Source of the DNA: Caldisericia bacterium
GTDB taxonomy: Bacteria; Caldisericota; Caldisericia; UBA6126
Length of the DNA stretch: 55,843 nucleotides
Direction of reading: 5' to 3'
Assembly (NCBI GenBank): GCA_028700655.1
Contig: JAQVSG010000002.1
Location: 1-55,843 of the forward strand
Both the position numbers and the translations under genes were made by a program. Below the pieces are notes generated by a model, which was not told the DNA's origin, searched no databases, and saw nothing but the letters and a program-made list of their open reading frames with translations. This document shows, piece after piece, positions 35,520 through 44,342 of the stretch (position 1 is the first letter of the stretch; every line of letters starts with the position of its first letter).

Positions 35520-35801
35520 ATGTATCGAGTTGGTTTAATTGCAGTTGTTATAGAAGACCGTGAATCAACAGTTCAACTTGTCAATTCTTTGTTTTCTGAT
35601 TTTAGTAAGATAATTATTGGTCGTATGGGTATACCGTACGAAAAAAGAGATCTTCATTTGATTTGCCTAATGGTCGATGGTACGACTGATGAAATTGGTT
35701 CTCTTACTGGTAAATTGGGGATGATTCCTACTGTGTCAGTATCTACCAACCTTGTAAAATCCAAACGAAATCAAAAGGAGTTCTCACATGCAAAAAAATG
35801 A
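35520..35801 (+). CDS. TM1266-like putative iron-only hydrogenase system regulator, second paralog
   Basis: MYRVGLIAVVIEDRE...IIIGRMGIPY...ICLMVDGT. The paralog similarity is obvious by eye. AAAGGAG SD; overlaps the hydG start. Confidence 0.65.
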   Translation: MYRVGLIAVVIEDRESTVQLVNSLFSDFSKIIIGRMGIPYEKRDLHLICLMVDGTTDEIGSLTGKLGMIPTVSVSTNLVKSKRNQKEFSHAKK

Positions 35802-37278
35802 ATGTACTATTCAAGACTGGATACAAAAAGTAGTTGTCCAAAATCAAATCGACAAGTATAAGCATGGACATCATTTTATCCACAACGACACGTTTCAAAA
35901 ACTTTTACAGCAAAGAACCAATCCAACTTCCTCATGTGTTCGAGACATTCTGCAAAAATCTCTTTCCATCCAAACTCTTTCATTGCAAGAAATATCTACT
36001 CTTATGCAAGTAGAAGACCCAATTCTATGGAATGAAATGTTTGAGGTTGCTGAAGAAGTGAAGAAAAAAGTGTACGACAATCGCATTGTTACATTTGCTC
36101 CTTTGTATATGTCTAATCTTTGTGTCAACAATTGCGAATATTGCGGGTTTAAAAAAGAGAATTCGGAAATGAAAAGAATCCGACTTTCTATGGATGAAAT
36201 TCGAGAAGAAATCAAAATTTTGGCTGGTTGCATCGGTCACAAGCGATTAATTAGTGTCGTGGGAGAGCACCCATTATCTGATGTAGACTACATTGTTGAG
36301 TCACTGAATACCATTTATAGTGTGAAGGAAAAAACTCCCCACGGATACGGCAATATACGACGAGTAAATATAAATGCTGCTCCTATGTCAATTGAGGATT
36401 TAGGAAAACTGAAAAAGGCCGGTATTGGTACATTTCAAGTTTTCCAAGAAACGTACCATCAACCTACCTATGAAAAAATCCACCCTCAAGATACCATTAA
36501 AGGGAATTATGAGTGGCGTCTCTATTGCATGCATAGAGCACAAGAAGCCGGTGTTGATGATGTGGGAATTGGGGCACTTTTTGGGCTCTATGATTGGCGC
36601 TATGAAATTCTAGGTCTTGTAGCACATTCCATCGAATTGGAAACAGAATTTGGGATAGGACCGCATACCATTTCAGTTCCACGCTTACAGCCTGCGAGTC
36701 ACTCTGAGTTGTCCATCCACTCTAGGTATAGAGTGAACGATGAGGATTTTCGGAAAATTGTTGTTCTTATTCGCCTTGCTGTTCCTTATACTGGTCTGAT
36801 AATCACAGCCAGGGAATCTCCCACAATTCTCAAAGAAATGTATCCTATCATGACACAACGGGATGCATCTACAAATATTAAAATTGGTGGATATGAGAAA
36901 ACATTTCTTCAGGAAGAGGAAGAACAACAATTTATGTTAGGAGATGATCGATCCTTGGACGAGGTAGTACGAGAACTGGCTAACGAAGGTCATATTACAT
37001 CTTTCTGTACAGCTGGATATCGATGTGGACGTACAGGAAAAAAAATCATGAATTTACTCCGCTGTGGTCGAGAAGGACAATTCTGTAAATTGAACGCTAT
37101 TTTAACCTTTAGAGAATGGTTGGATGATTTTGCTTCTCCGGAAACAAAACAGGTAGGTGAAAAGATTATTCTGAAAGAGTTAAAAGAAGTTGAAAATAGC
37201 TTCCCTTCTTCTGAAGTTCAAGAATTGTTGTCTGCCTATGAACAAGTGAAACAAGGTGTCAGAGATTTATACTTCTAA
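35788..37278 (+). CDS. hydG: [FeFe]-hydrogenase H-cluster radical SAM maturase HydG
   Basis: The radical SAM motif is CVNNCEYCGF. The ThiH-like core is followed by a C-terminal auxiliary-cluster motif FCTAGYRCGRTG...FC. Confidence 0.9.
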   Translation: MQKNECTIQDWIQKVVVQNQIDKYKHGHHFIHNDTFQKLLQQRTNPTSSCVRDILQKSLSIQTLSLQEISTLMQVEDPILWNEMFEVAEEVKKKVYDNRIVTFAPLYMSNLCVNNCEYCGFKKENSEMKRIRLSMDEIREEIKILAGCIGHKRLISVVGEHPLSDVDYIVESLNTIYSVKEKTPHGYGNIRRVNINAAPMSIEDLGKLKKAGIGTFQVFQETYHQPTYEKIHPQDTIKGNYEWRLYCMHRAQEAGVDDVGIGALFGLYDWRYEILGLVAHSIELETEFGIGPHTISVPRLQPASHSELSIHSRYRVNDEDFRKIVVLIRLAVPYTGLIITARESPTILKEMYPIMTQRDASTNIKIGGYEKTFLQEEEEQQFMLGDDRSLDEVVRELANEGHITSFCTAGYRCGRTGKKIMNLLRCGREGQFCKLNAILTFREWLDDFASPETKQVGEKIILKELKEVENSFPSSEVQELLSAYEQVKQGVRDLYF

Positions 37279-38320
37279 GAAATCCATCCTCCATTATTTA
37301 CATAGAAAACCTTGTGAATCACTCACGATCGAAGACAGACAAATTCTTTCACAATGCCGTATATTAACTGACAAATACTATCAAAACCAAGTGTTTTTGC
37401 GTGGAATTATCGAGTTTTCTAGTTTTTGTTCTCAAGACTGTCTTTATTGTGGCTTACGAGCTGCTAACACCAATCTACCTCGCTATCGATTGTCCCTGGA
37501 AGACATTTTAAGCACTGTCCAACGTATTTATAGCGATGGTTTACGTTCTGTTGTACTGCAATCCGGAGAAGATCTATTTTACACTACATCCCTGATTGCT
37601 CATGTATGTGCTGAAATTCTTGATCGTTATCCTGATATAGCCATCACATTATCAATAGGAGAACGAAATAGTCCTGCATATCGAAAATTACGAAAATCAG
37701 GTGCTACTCGATTTTTGATAAAACACGAAACTGCAAATCCTATTCTTTACAAGCAAATTCACCCTACGCAAGAATTGTTATCTAGACTACGACAACAACA
37801 ACTTATTAAACAATCGGGATTCATGCTTGGCTCAGGTTTTTTGGTAGGATTGCCCCATCAAACAATCGAAGATATATACGATGAGCTTTTGTTTTTATAC
37901 CAAAACCAATTTGATATGTGGGGGATTGGCGTGTTTATACCATCGCAAGGAACTCCCTTTGAAAACTATCCCAATGGAGATCCAAACCTGGCAAAACTGG
38001 CCATGGTTTGTTCTCGATTGTTTGATCCTCAAACGATGATACCCATTACAACAGCCTATCATAGTTTGATGGGAGATGCCGATACGATACAATCATTGCA
38101 CGACGTGGCCAATGTGTTTATGATCAACTATACACCCGACTCCGTCAAGAATCTCTACCACATATATAATAACAAGCAGTCTTTGACACTTGAGAAAACG
38201 TGTCAACTCATTGAAAAAGCTGGTAAAATACCCACATATACGAAAGGAGAACCTTCCCGTGTCAACAATAAAAAGCCTACGACTTCATATTGGTATCGTC
38301 GGACAAACGAATGCAGGTAA
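37256..38320 (+). CDS. hydE: [FeFe]-hydrogenase H-cluster radical SAM maturase HydE
   Basis: CSQDCLYCGLRA and a BioB-like fold. It sits between hydG and hydF, with a GTG start overlapping hydG by 23 nt. Confidence 0.88.
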   Translation: MSEIYTSKKSILHYLHRKPCESLTIEDRQILSQCRILTDKYYQNQVFLRGIIEFSSFCSQDCLYCGLRAANTNLPRYRLSLEDILSTVQRIYSDGLRSVVLQSGEDLFYTTSLIAHVCAEILDRYPDIAITLSIGERNSPAYRKLRKSGATRFLIKHETANPILYKQIHPTQELLSRLRQQQLIKQSGFMLGSGFLVGLPHQTIEDIYDELLFLYQNQFDMWGIGVFIPSQGTPFENYPNGDPNLAKLAMVCSRLFDPQTMIPITTAYHSLMGDADTIQSLHDVANVFMINYTPDSVKNLYHIYNNKQSLTLEKTCQLIEKAGKIPTYTKGEPSRVNNKKPTTSYWYRRTNECR

Positions 38321-39458
38321 AAGTACGCTATTGAATACGATAACCCGTCAAAATGTATCGATAGTATCGATGCACCCAGGAACAACAACTGATCCCGTAG
38401 AAAAAACGATGGAACTAAAACCTTTTGGTCCTGTTCTATTTATCGATACTGCTGGATATGAAGATCACTCTTTAATGGGACAAAGTAGACAGAAGAAAAC
38501 CGACACGTATGTCGATCGTTTTGATATCGCCATTCTCGTTGTTGATGGTGTATCCTCTTTGGAAGCAGACAAAAGAATAGCTCAAAAATTGCGAGAAAGA
38601 AAGATTCCTTTTTGTATATGTTTGGCGAACAATTCAGAAGTTGCTCTCAAAAAAGAATGGCTTCACTGGATGAAAGAAGAACAAATCCCTTATTTTTTAA
38701 ACAATTTGTTAACTTCTTATGAAGAATTTCTATCAGGTATGATGGATTGCCTACAATCCATCATACCTTCAGACTGGGATCCCACGCCTACCATGATCTC
38801 GGATTTAACAAATCCTGGAGATATTGTCATATTGGTCATTCCCGTTGATAAAGAAGCCCCCAAAAATAGAATTATTCTACCGCAGCAGCAAGCGATACGA
38901 GATCTCTTAGACCATAGTTCTATTACTATCGTTACAGGAGTATCCGAATTGGCTACTGTTCTGGACTGTTGCAAAAAAACACCCGCTCTTGTTGTTACGG
39001 ACTCGCAAGCTTTTAAGGAAGTCTTTGCTATTGTTCCCTTGCATATTCCTGTAACTGGTTTCTCCATTCTATTAGCTCGAATGAAAGGCGATCTACCCAT
39101 TTTTGTGCACGGTGTTCAAGCTATTCAGAACTTGCGTTCAGGGGATCGAGTCTTGATTTTAGAAGCGTGTTCTCACAATCCAGTTTGCAATGATATAGGC
39201 AGGGAACAAATACCAAAGGGTATTTTACATCTTACAAAACAGAACATTGAATTTGATGTGTACTCTGGTCATGACTTTCCCGACAACCTTACAGATTATA
39301 AGCTGATCATACATTGTGGAGGATGCATCCTCAATCGTAAAGAAATTCAACATCGCATAAAAACTGCACTGCACAACAATGTACCCATTACAAATTATGG
39401 CATGGTTTTATCATATCTACACGGAGATTTGGAGAGAGCCCTGAAAATTCTGATGTAA
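38259..39458 (+). CDS. hydF: [FeFe]-hydrogenase H-cluster maturation GTPase HydF
   Basis: G1 is GQTNAGKST and G3 is DTAG. The C-terminal cluster motif is CSHNP...HCGGC. I chose GTG 38259 (AAAGGAGAA SD) over the ORF-track ATG at 38190. Confidence 0.88.
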   Translation: MSTIKSLRLHIGIVGQTNAGKSTLLNTITRQNVSIVSMHPGTTTDPVEKTMELKPFGPVLFIDTAGYEDHSLMGQSRQKKTDTYVDRFDIAILVVDGVSSLEADKRIAQKLRERKIPFCICLANNSEVALKKEWLHWMKEEQIPYFLNNLLTSYEEFLSGMMDCLQSIIPSDWDPTPTMISDLTNPGDIVILVIPVDKEAPKNRIILPQQQAIRDLLDHSSITIVTGVSELATVLDCCKKTPALVVTDSQAFKEVFAIVPLHIPVTGFSILLARMKGDLPIFVHGVQAIQNLRSGDRVLILEACSHNPVCNDIGREQIPKGILHLTKQNIEFDVYSGHDFPDNLTDYKLIIHCGGCILNRKEIQHRIKTALHNNVPITNYGMVLSYLHGDLERALKILM

Positions 39459-39470
39459 TCAACAAAAAAA

Positions 39471-39512
39471 GAGGATTTTATTCCACAAATCGGATTAAAA
39501 CCCTCCATTTTC
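39471..39512 (+). terminator. possible terminator after hydF
   Basis: GAGGATTTTA-15 nt-TAAAACCCTC (one mismatch) followed by CATTTTC. Confidence 0.3.
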
Positions 39513-39704
39513 ACACTATTTTATACTATATTTTTTAGTAGATTGCAACGAGGAAAAGATCTTTTTCTGTTTTTCACTTCGTGCGTACGCAAAAAAAATT
39601 CACAAATCGTCCTGCCTGATCTCTTTCCAGTACATAGCGAATAAGAAAAGATTCCTTTAAAGGCCGTATAAACAGGCGCAACATGAAATTATTTATTCGT
39701 ATCA

Positions 39705-39713
39705 TGGTATACT
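39705..39713 (+). promoter_or_regulatory. possible extended -10 promoter (TGgTATACT)
   Basis: A TG-extended -10 lies 34 nt upstream of the 39747 start. There is no good -35. Confidence 0.3.
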
Positions 39714-39746
39714 TATATGCAAAATCCGATGTTTGAGGTGGAATCA

Positions 39747-40970
39747 ATGACAAAACGATGGTCAGTTCTCCTACTTTTTTGTTTATTTTTTTCTTTTCTA
39801 TCTCCTGGATATGCGTCAGAAACTCTCTCTGAAAATACAAAACAACCATCCAATTACATAGAATTGTATTCTTTTCTTCCTATGCAATGTTGGGTCAAAG
39901 TGGATACGTATGAAATGAAAGAAGACGATATTACGTCCATTCTTGCCTATATAGAATCAAGTACAATTTTAAAAGGCAAAAAAATTCAAAGTGCAAAAGT
40001 GTATCCTGTATCTTTGCCGATACTTCTTGTTTCACATTCTCTCCGTTGGAAAGCTCACTATTTTTCTCAAATTCGAGTTCTGTGTAACTTTGGGAATGAA
40101 ACCCAGACAGTTCATATCAGTGGAGTACGATTCGAAAAATCCAACTATTGGGTGTTTTCGTTGTATTCTTCCACCCCTTGTTTAAAAGAAATTGGATCTT
40201 CAGATGGTTTTTATAGTATGGTTTCATTTCCAGCGTTGTACCCCTCGCCTTCTCTTTTCTTTGCCTATTTTACAAAACATATGCAGTCTATTGCGATTGA
40301 AGACATGGAGTTGGATCTTCAAAGGGGAATCCCTCTTTTATTCTCTGCTCAAATTTGGAATCCCTTTTTCAATTCCGACTTGCCATTTATTGAACAAGAT
40401 GCCAAACCAGCTCGGTTTGAGGATCTCGTTATAGCCTCTAATAGCGAAGATCTATTCAATTTTATTCCGAACCATTATAGTGTTCAAGAAATACAAAGAG
40501 AATTAACCGAAAAAGAAAAGACTGTTTTTGTGGAACATAGTATCGTTATGATGAAAGATAGTGGCTATGAAAATCCAAATCACTACGATTGGGACTCGGT
40601 TAAAATTGATGTCCCCATCATTATAGGTCTATCCGAAGCGGATTCGAATACAAGTGAGTATTTTTCGGACGTGGCACTCTATGTATCAAAAGTCGATAAA
40701 CCTGACATCCAAAACCGCTATGTATTCTCTGCCTACAATGATGGGGATAGATGGTTGTTTCATAGTGCCGACCAAATATCGTCCACAGAAGGTTGGCATT
40801 TTAAGCTACCTCGTGTGTATACTTTCTCTGGTCAAAGCTACAACGAAAGTACCTATTTATACTACATCTCCATGATCAATATATTGCTACTCAATCGATA
40901 TCCATTAGAACATAGTAAAGACATCACACGAATGTGGTCATTAAAACGATGGAATTTTTCTTCGATTTAA
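39747..40970 (+). CDS. secreted protein of unknown function
   Basis: Signal peptide MTKRWSVLLLFCLFFSFLSPGYASE. I recognise no domain in the remaining ~380 aa. Confidence 0.55.
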   Translation: MTKRWSVLLLFCLFFSFLSPGYASETLSENTKQPSNYIELYSFLPMQCWVKVDTYEMKEDDITSILAYIESSTILKGKKIQSAKVYPVSLPILLVSHSLRWKAHYFSQIRVLCNFGNETQTVHISGVRFEKSNYWVFSLYSSTPCLKEIGSSDGFYSMVSFPALYPSPSLFFAYFTKHMQSIAIEDMELDLQRGIPLLFSAQIWNPFFNSDLPFIEQDAKPARFEDLVIASNSEDLFNFIPNHYSVQEIQRELTEKEKTVFVEHSIVMMKDSGYENPNHYDWDSVKIDVPIIIGLSEADSNTSEYFSDVALYVSKVDKPDIQNRYVFSAYNDGDRWLFHSADQISSTEGWHFKLPRVYTFSGQSYNESTYLYYISMINILLLNRYPLEHSKDITRMWSLKRWNFSSI

Positions 40971-41926
40971 TAGCTTTTCTTCCAAGGATAAAGAGATGGT
41001 CCTACTTTCGAAACAGACCCTAACAATTGAAACATCTCTTTGGCTTTTGCTTTCAAAGTAGAATGAATTACAGGATGAAATAGTTTGTAGTCGGTAAAGA
41101 ATTCCTTTCCATGGATGCCGTATTCAGCTATGATCTGATCAGCAAGTGAGTTCTTGAAATAAGTATTTACATTCACCTTTGTAATCCCATTGGATATTGC
41201 TTCTTTGATCATTTGGGGTTTCACACCGGAAGATCCATGCAAAACAAGGGGGACGGAAACACTCTTTCGAATTGTAGTGAGCAAAGGAATATTTAGATTC
41301 GTTTCTCTATCACTTTCACCATGGGTATTGCCAATAGAAATAGCTAAAGCATCGATATCTACAGAAGATGCAAACGTCAAAACATCGTTCACTAAAGTAT
41401 CGGAGGAAAGGTCCTGACTGGTGGTTCCTACATGACCGATCTCAGCTTCAATAGCAAAACTTTTCATATCCGCAGCGAGATCCTGTTTGTAGGTATCAAA
41501 TAGTTCAAAAGAAAGATCGTCATAAGGTGGTGATTCTGACGATAAAGTCGCTTCTAACAAATGAATGGCATCTTTCGTAAGTTGAATATTTTCTTTCAAT
41601 GGATAGCGTGAGCCATCGATCATAAAAGACTGAAAAAAATGATATTGCAAAGCCAGTTTTAGATCATCAATACTTTTCGCATGATCAAGGTGTATACAAA
41701 CTGGCACTTCTGAGTCTTGTGCTATAGAAGCACAAGCTTCTATCACATTAGAGTCTTTGAAGGTTCGTAAAACACCCGGAGAAAACTGCAAGATAAGAGG
41801 AGAATTAGCCTCTTCTGCAGCCTTTATAAAAGCATCTGCAAATGCAAAAGAATTAACATTAAAAGCACCAACAGCATATTTGTTTTTTTGGGCATTGGAA
41901 AGTAAACATTGTAAACCCCAAAGCAT
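40967..41926 (-). CDS. class II fructose/tagatose/ketose-bisphosphate aldolase family protein
   Basis: YAVGAFNV, HLDHAKS, EAEIGHVG, IGNTHG and LVLHGSSG. There is a ~25-aa insertion before the EAEIG strand. Confidence 0.85.
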   Translation of the reverse strand: MLWGLQCLLSNAQKNKYAVGAFNVNSFAFADAFIKAAEEANSPLILQFSPGVLRTFKDSNVIEACASIAQDSEVPVCIHLDHAKSIDDLKLALQYHFFQSFMIDGSRYPLKENIQLTKDAIHLLEATLSSESPPYDDLSFELFDTYKQDLAADMKSFAIEAEIGHVGTTSQDLSSDTLVNDVLTFASSVDIDALAISIGNTHGESDRETNLNIPLLTTIRKSVSVPLVLHGSSGVKPQMIKEAISNGITKVNVNTYFKNSLADQIIAEYGIHGKEFFTDYKLFHPVIHSTLKAKAKEMFQLLGSVSKVGPSLYPWKKSY

Positions 41927-41935
41927 ACATTTTCC

Positions 41936-43048
41936 TTATCTAGAGCATATGGCGAGTAAAATTTCTGTAACTCTCTCTATGTCGGTGAACAAAACACTTT
42001 CTTTGTGAGTGTGGACGTCTGTCATTCCACAGGCAAGATTAATACATTCCATAGAGGGAATCGTTTCGTTAAAAATATTTGCATCACATCCACCACCGCA
42101 TACTTTGTATTGAGGTGTCAAGCCACAGTCAAGTATAGCTTGAGAAACTTGTGTTAGAATGGGGCGGTCTTTAGACAAAGAAAAGGACTTGTATGCAAAA
42201 CGGTCTTGGAAATGAACTTGATATCCAAACTCATTCCCATTCTCGAAAATGCTCTTCATTTGATTTTTAATAATATCTAATTTGACAGGATTATGAGATC
42301 GTATTTCTCCATTGAGAAAGCAATCTTCCGCAACAATATTGGTGGCTCTTCCACCTTGAATTCTACCAATATTGGTAGTGGTCTCAGCGTCAATTCTTCC
42401 AAAGGGAATCCTGGCAATACACTGGCTAGCAAACAATATAGCACTTTTGCCTTCTTCAGGGGCCATTCCAGCATGGGCAGCTTTTCCTTTTATGGTAACC
42501 TCAAAAAGAATTTGTGAAGGACCGGCAAACATAACAATTCCGGGCTCTCCATCGGCATCAATAACAATACCTCTTTTGGACTGAATAAGCGTAGTATCAA
42601 AGTCTTTTGCTCCTTCCAATCCAATTTCTTCTTCTACGGTAAAAGCAACTTCAATAGTAGGATGGGGAAATTCAGACTCATGAATAGCAAGTAAACACTC
42701 GAGTATTGCAACAATTCCAGCTTTGTCGTCCGATCCTAATATTGTTGTACCATCTGTAGAATACAAATCGTTAATGCATTGGAACTTTATATTAGTGGTA
42801 GGTTCAACAGTATCCATATGAGCTGACAATAAGATAGGAGGGGAGTCAGTATCTCCCCTCTTCGGAAGTCGAATGTATAGGTTTTTACGGGTTTTGGACA
42901 AGGAGGCATTTTCGATAATATCAACAGGAATGTTTGCAAGGATACGTTTGACAACAAGTATTGTTTCGTCTTCTTTTTTGGAAACACCATCTGCTATTAA
43001 AAGCCTTTCAAAATTGGCTTGAAGACGCTTTCTGTCAACCGAAATCAT
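41936..43048 (-). CDS. M20-family metallopeptidase (peptidase T-like tripeptidase)
   Basis: LLSAHMDTV, GSDDKAGIVAILE, TVEEEIGLEGAK and KGKAAHAG. An ATGA overlap joins it to the upstream gamma-subunit gene. Confidence 0.82.
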   Translation of the reverse strand: MISVDRKRLQANFERLLIADGVSKKEDETILVVKRILANIPVDIIENASLSKTRKNLYIRLPKRGDTDSPPILLSAHMDTVEPTTNIKFQCINDLYSTDGTTILGSDDKAGIVAILECLLAIHESEFPHPTIEVAFTVEEEIGLEGAKDFDTTLIQSKRGIVIDADGEPGIVMFAGPSQILFEVTIKGKAAHAGMAPEEGKSAILFASQCIARIPFGRIDAETTTNIGRIQGGRATNIVAEDCFLNGEIRSHNPVKLDIIKNQMKSIFENGNEFGYQVHFQDRFAYKSFSLSKDRPILTQVSQAILDCGLTPQYKVCGGGCDANIFNETIPSMECINLACGMTDVHTHKESVLFTDIERVTEILLAICSR

Positions 43049-43578
43049 ACAGATTCAAAACCCATTTGAAGAGCTTTCATGTTCATTTCAATAATTTTCG
43101 GGCCCTTTGCTTCAAATTTTTCTCGAATCACTTTTTGAATCGTTTCAGTTTTTGCAAATTTCTTTAGTTTTAGTAAAGCACCCAACATTACGATATTGGC
43201 AACAATTTTATTTCCGGCTTCTGCAGCAATGTGGTTTGCAGGAATATAATAGGAGCTGATATCATTACGTTGCGATTTTTCATTAATCAAGGCAGAATTA
43301 ATCAATAAACAACCATCTTTTTCAATAGTGGGTTCAAATTTTAAAAAAGAGGGCGTGTTCATAACAATGGCACTTTCATTGTTGGGGACAATGGGAGAAC
43401 CGATCTGACGATCGGATACAATACATATACAATTGGCGGTGCCTCCACGCATTTCAGGTCCATAAGATGGTAGAAATAGAGCAAAACGGTTTTCTTCAAC
43501 AGCAGCATAGGATATCAATTGACCGATTGCCATAACGCCTTGTCCTCCAAAGCCAGCAGCACACAATTCAAATTTCAT
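43045..43578 (-). CDS. korC: 2-oxoacid:ferredoxin oxidoreductase gamma subunit
   Basis: GFGGQGV...PSYGPEMRGG motif, 177 aa. Confidence 0.88.
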   Translation of the reverse strand: MKFELCAAGFGGQGVMAIGQLISYAAVEENRFALFLPSYGPEMRGGTANCICIVSDRQIGSPIVPNNESAIVMNTPSFLKFEPTIEKDGCLLINSALINEKSQRNDISSYYIPANHIAAEAGNKIVANIVMLGALLKLKKFAKTETIQKVIREKFEAKGPKIIEMNMKALQMGFESV

Positions 43579-44333
43579 TATAGACCCTCCACTTTTTTAA
43601 ATTCACCTAGAGGATAATAATTCATCGTTTCATTTTCAATTCTTTTTAGGGAATCTACAGGGTTCATACCCCAATTTGTTGGACACGTAGATAAAATCTC
43701 GACTAGAGAAAACCCAAGGTCATTGATTTGTGCTTTAAATGCAGTACGAATCGCTTTTTTTGTTTTTACAATATTGGCAGGAGTATGAACTGAAGTTCTT
43801 GCAATAAAGGCGGGACCATTAAGTTGGCTTAGCATTTCACACATTCGGATGGGATTGCCTTCTTTTTTAAGATTTCTGCCATAGGGAGAAGTTTCTGTCT
43901 TCCAACCTTCAAGGGTAGTTGGAGCCATTTGTCCACCTGTCATACCATAAATACCATTGTTTACAAAAATGGTAGTAATTCTCTCGCCTCGAGTAGCTGC
44001 ATGTACAATTTCAGCAGTACCAATGGAAGCAAGATCACCATCTCCTTGGTAGGTAAAGATTGTCTTTGAAGGCATAGCTCTTTTCATACCAGTAGCAACG
44101 GCGGGTGCTCTTCCATGAGCAGCTTGTACGGTATCCATTTCAAAATAGTGGATAGCAAGAGTAGAACAACCAACAGGTACGACGATGATGGTCTTCTCAA
44201 ATTGATCCAATTCGTCAATAACTTCACACACCAGACGATGGATAACTCCATGAGTACAACCCGGACAATAAGAACGTTTGGTTTTACTCAATAAGGGAGT
44301 CACTTTAAAGATTTGTTTCATGTCATTCATCAT
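43578..44333 (-). CDS. korB: 2-oxoacid:ferredoxin oxidoreductase beta subunit (TPP-binding)
   Basis: CPGCTHG and the TPP motif GDGD...NNGIYGMTGGQ. Confidence 0.9.
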   Translation of the reverse strand: MMNDMKQIFKVTPLLSKTKRSYCPGCTHGVIHRLVCEVIDELDQFEKTIIVVPVGCSTLAIHYFEMDTVQAAHGRAPAVATGMKRAMPSKTIFTYQGDGDLASIGTAEIVHAATRGERITTIFVNNGIYGMTGGQMAPTTLEGWKTETSPYGRNLKKEGNPIRMCEMLSQLNGPAFIARTSVHTPANIVKTKKAIRTAFKAQINDLGFSLVEILSTCPTNWGMNPVDSLKRIENETMNYYPLGEFKKVEGL

Positions 44334-44342
44334 GTTGCCCCC

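Noticed and set aside
39486-39612. Repeated CACAAATCG 9-mer (about 39486 and about 39601) in the hydF-downstream spacer
   Set aside because: It is too short and isolated to distinguish from chance in AT-rich DNA, and no associated structure is present.
39574-39849. 91-aa minus-strand ORF spanning the hydF-downstream spacer
   Set aside because: It overlaps the signal-peptide-encoding start of the plus-strand gene and has no SD or motifs, so it is a chance ORF.
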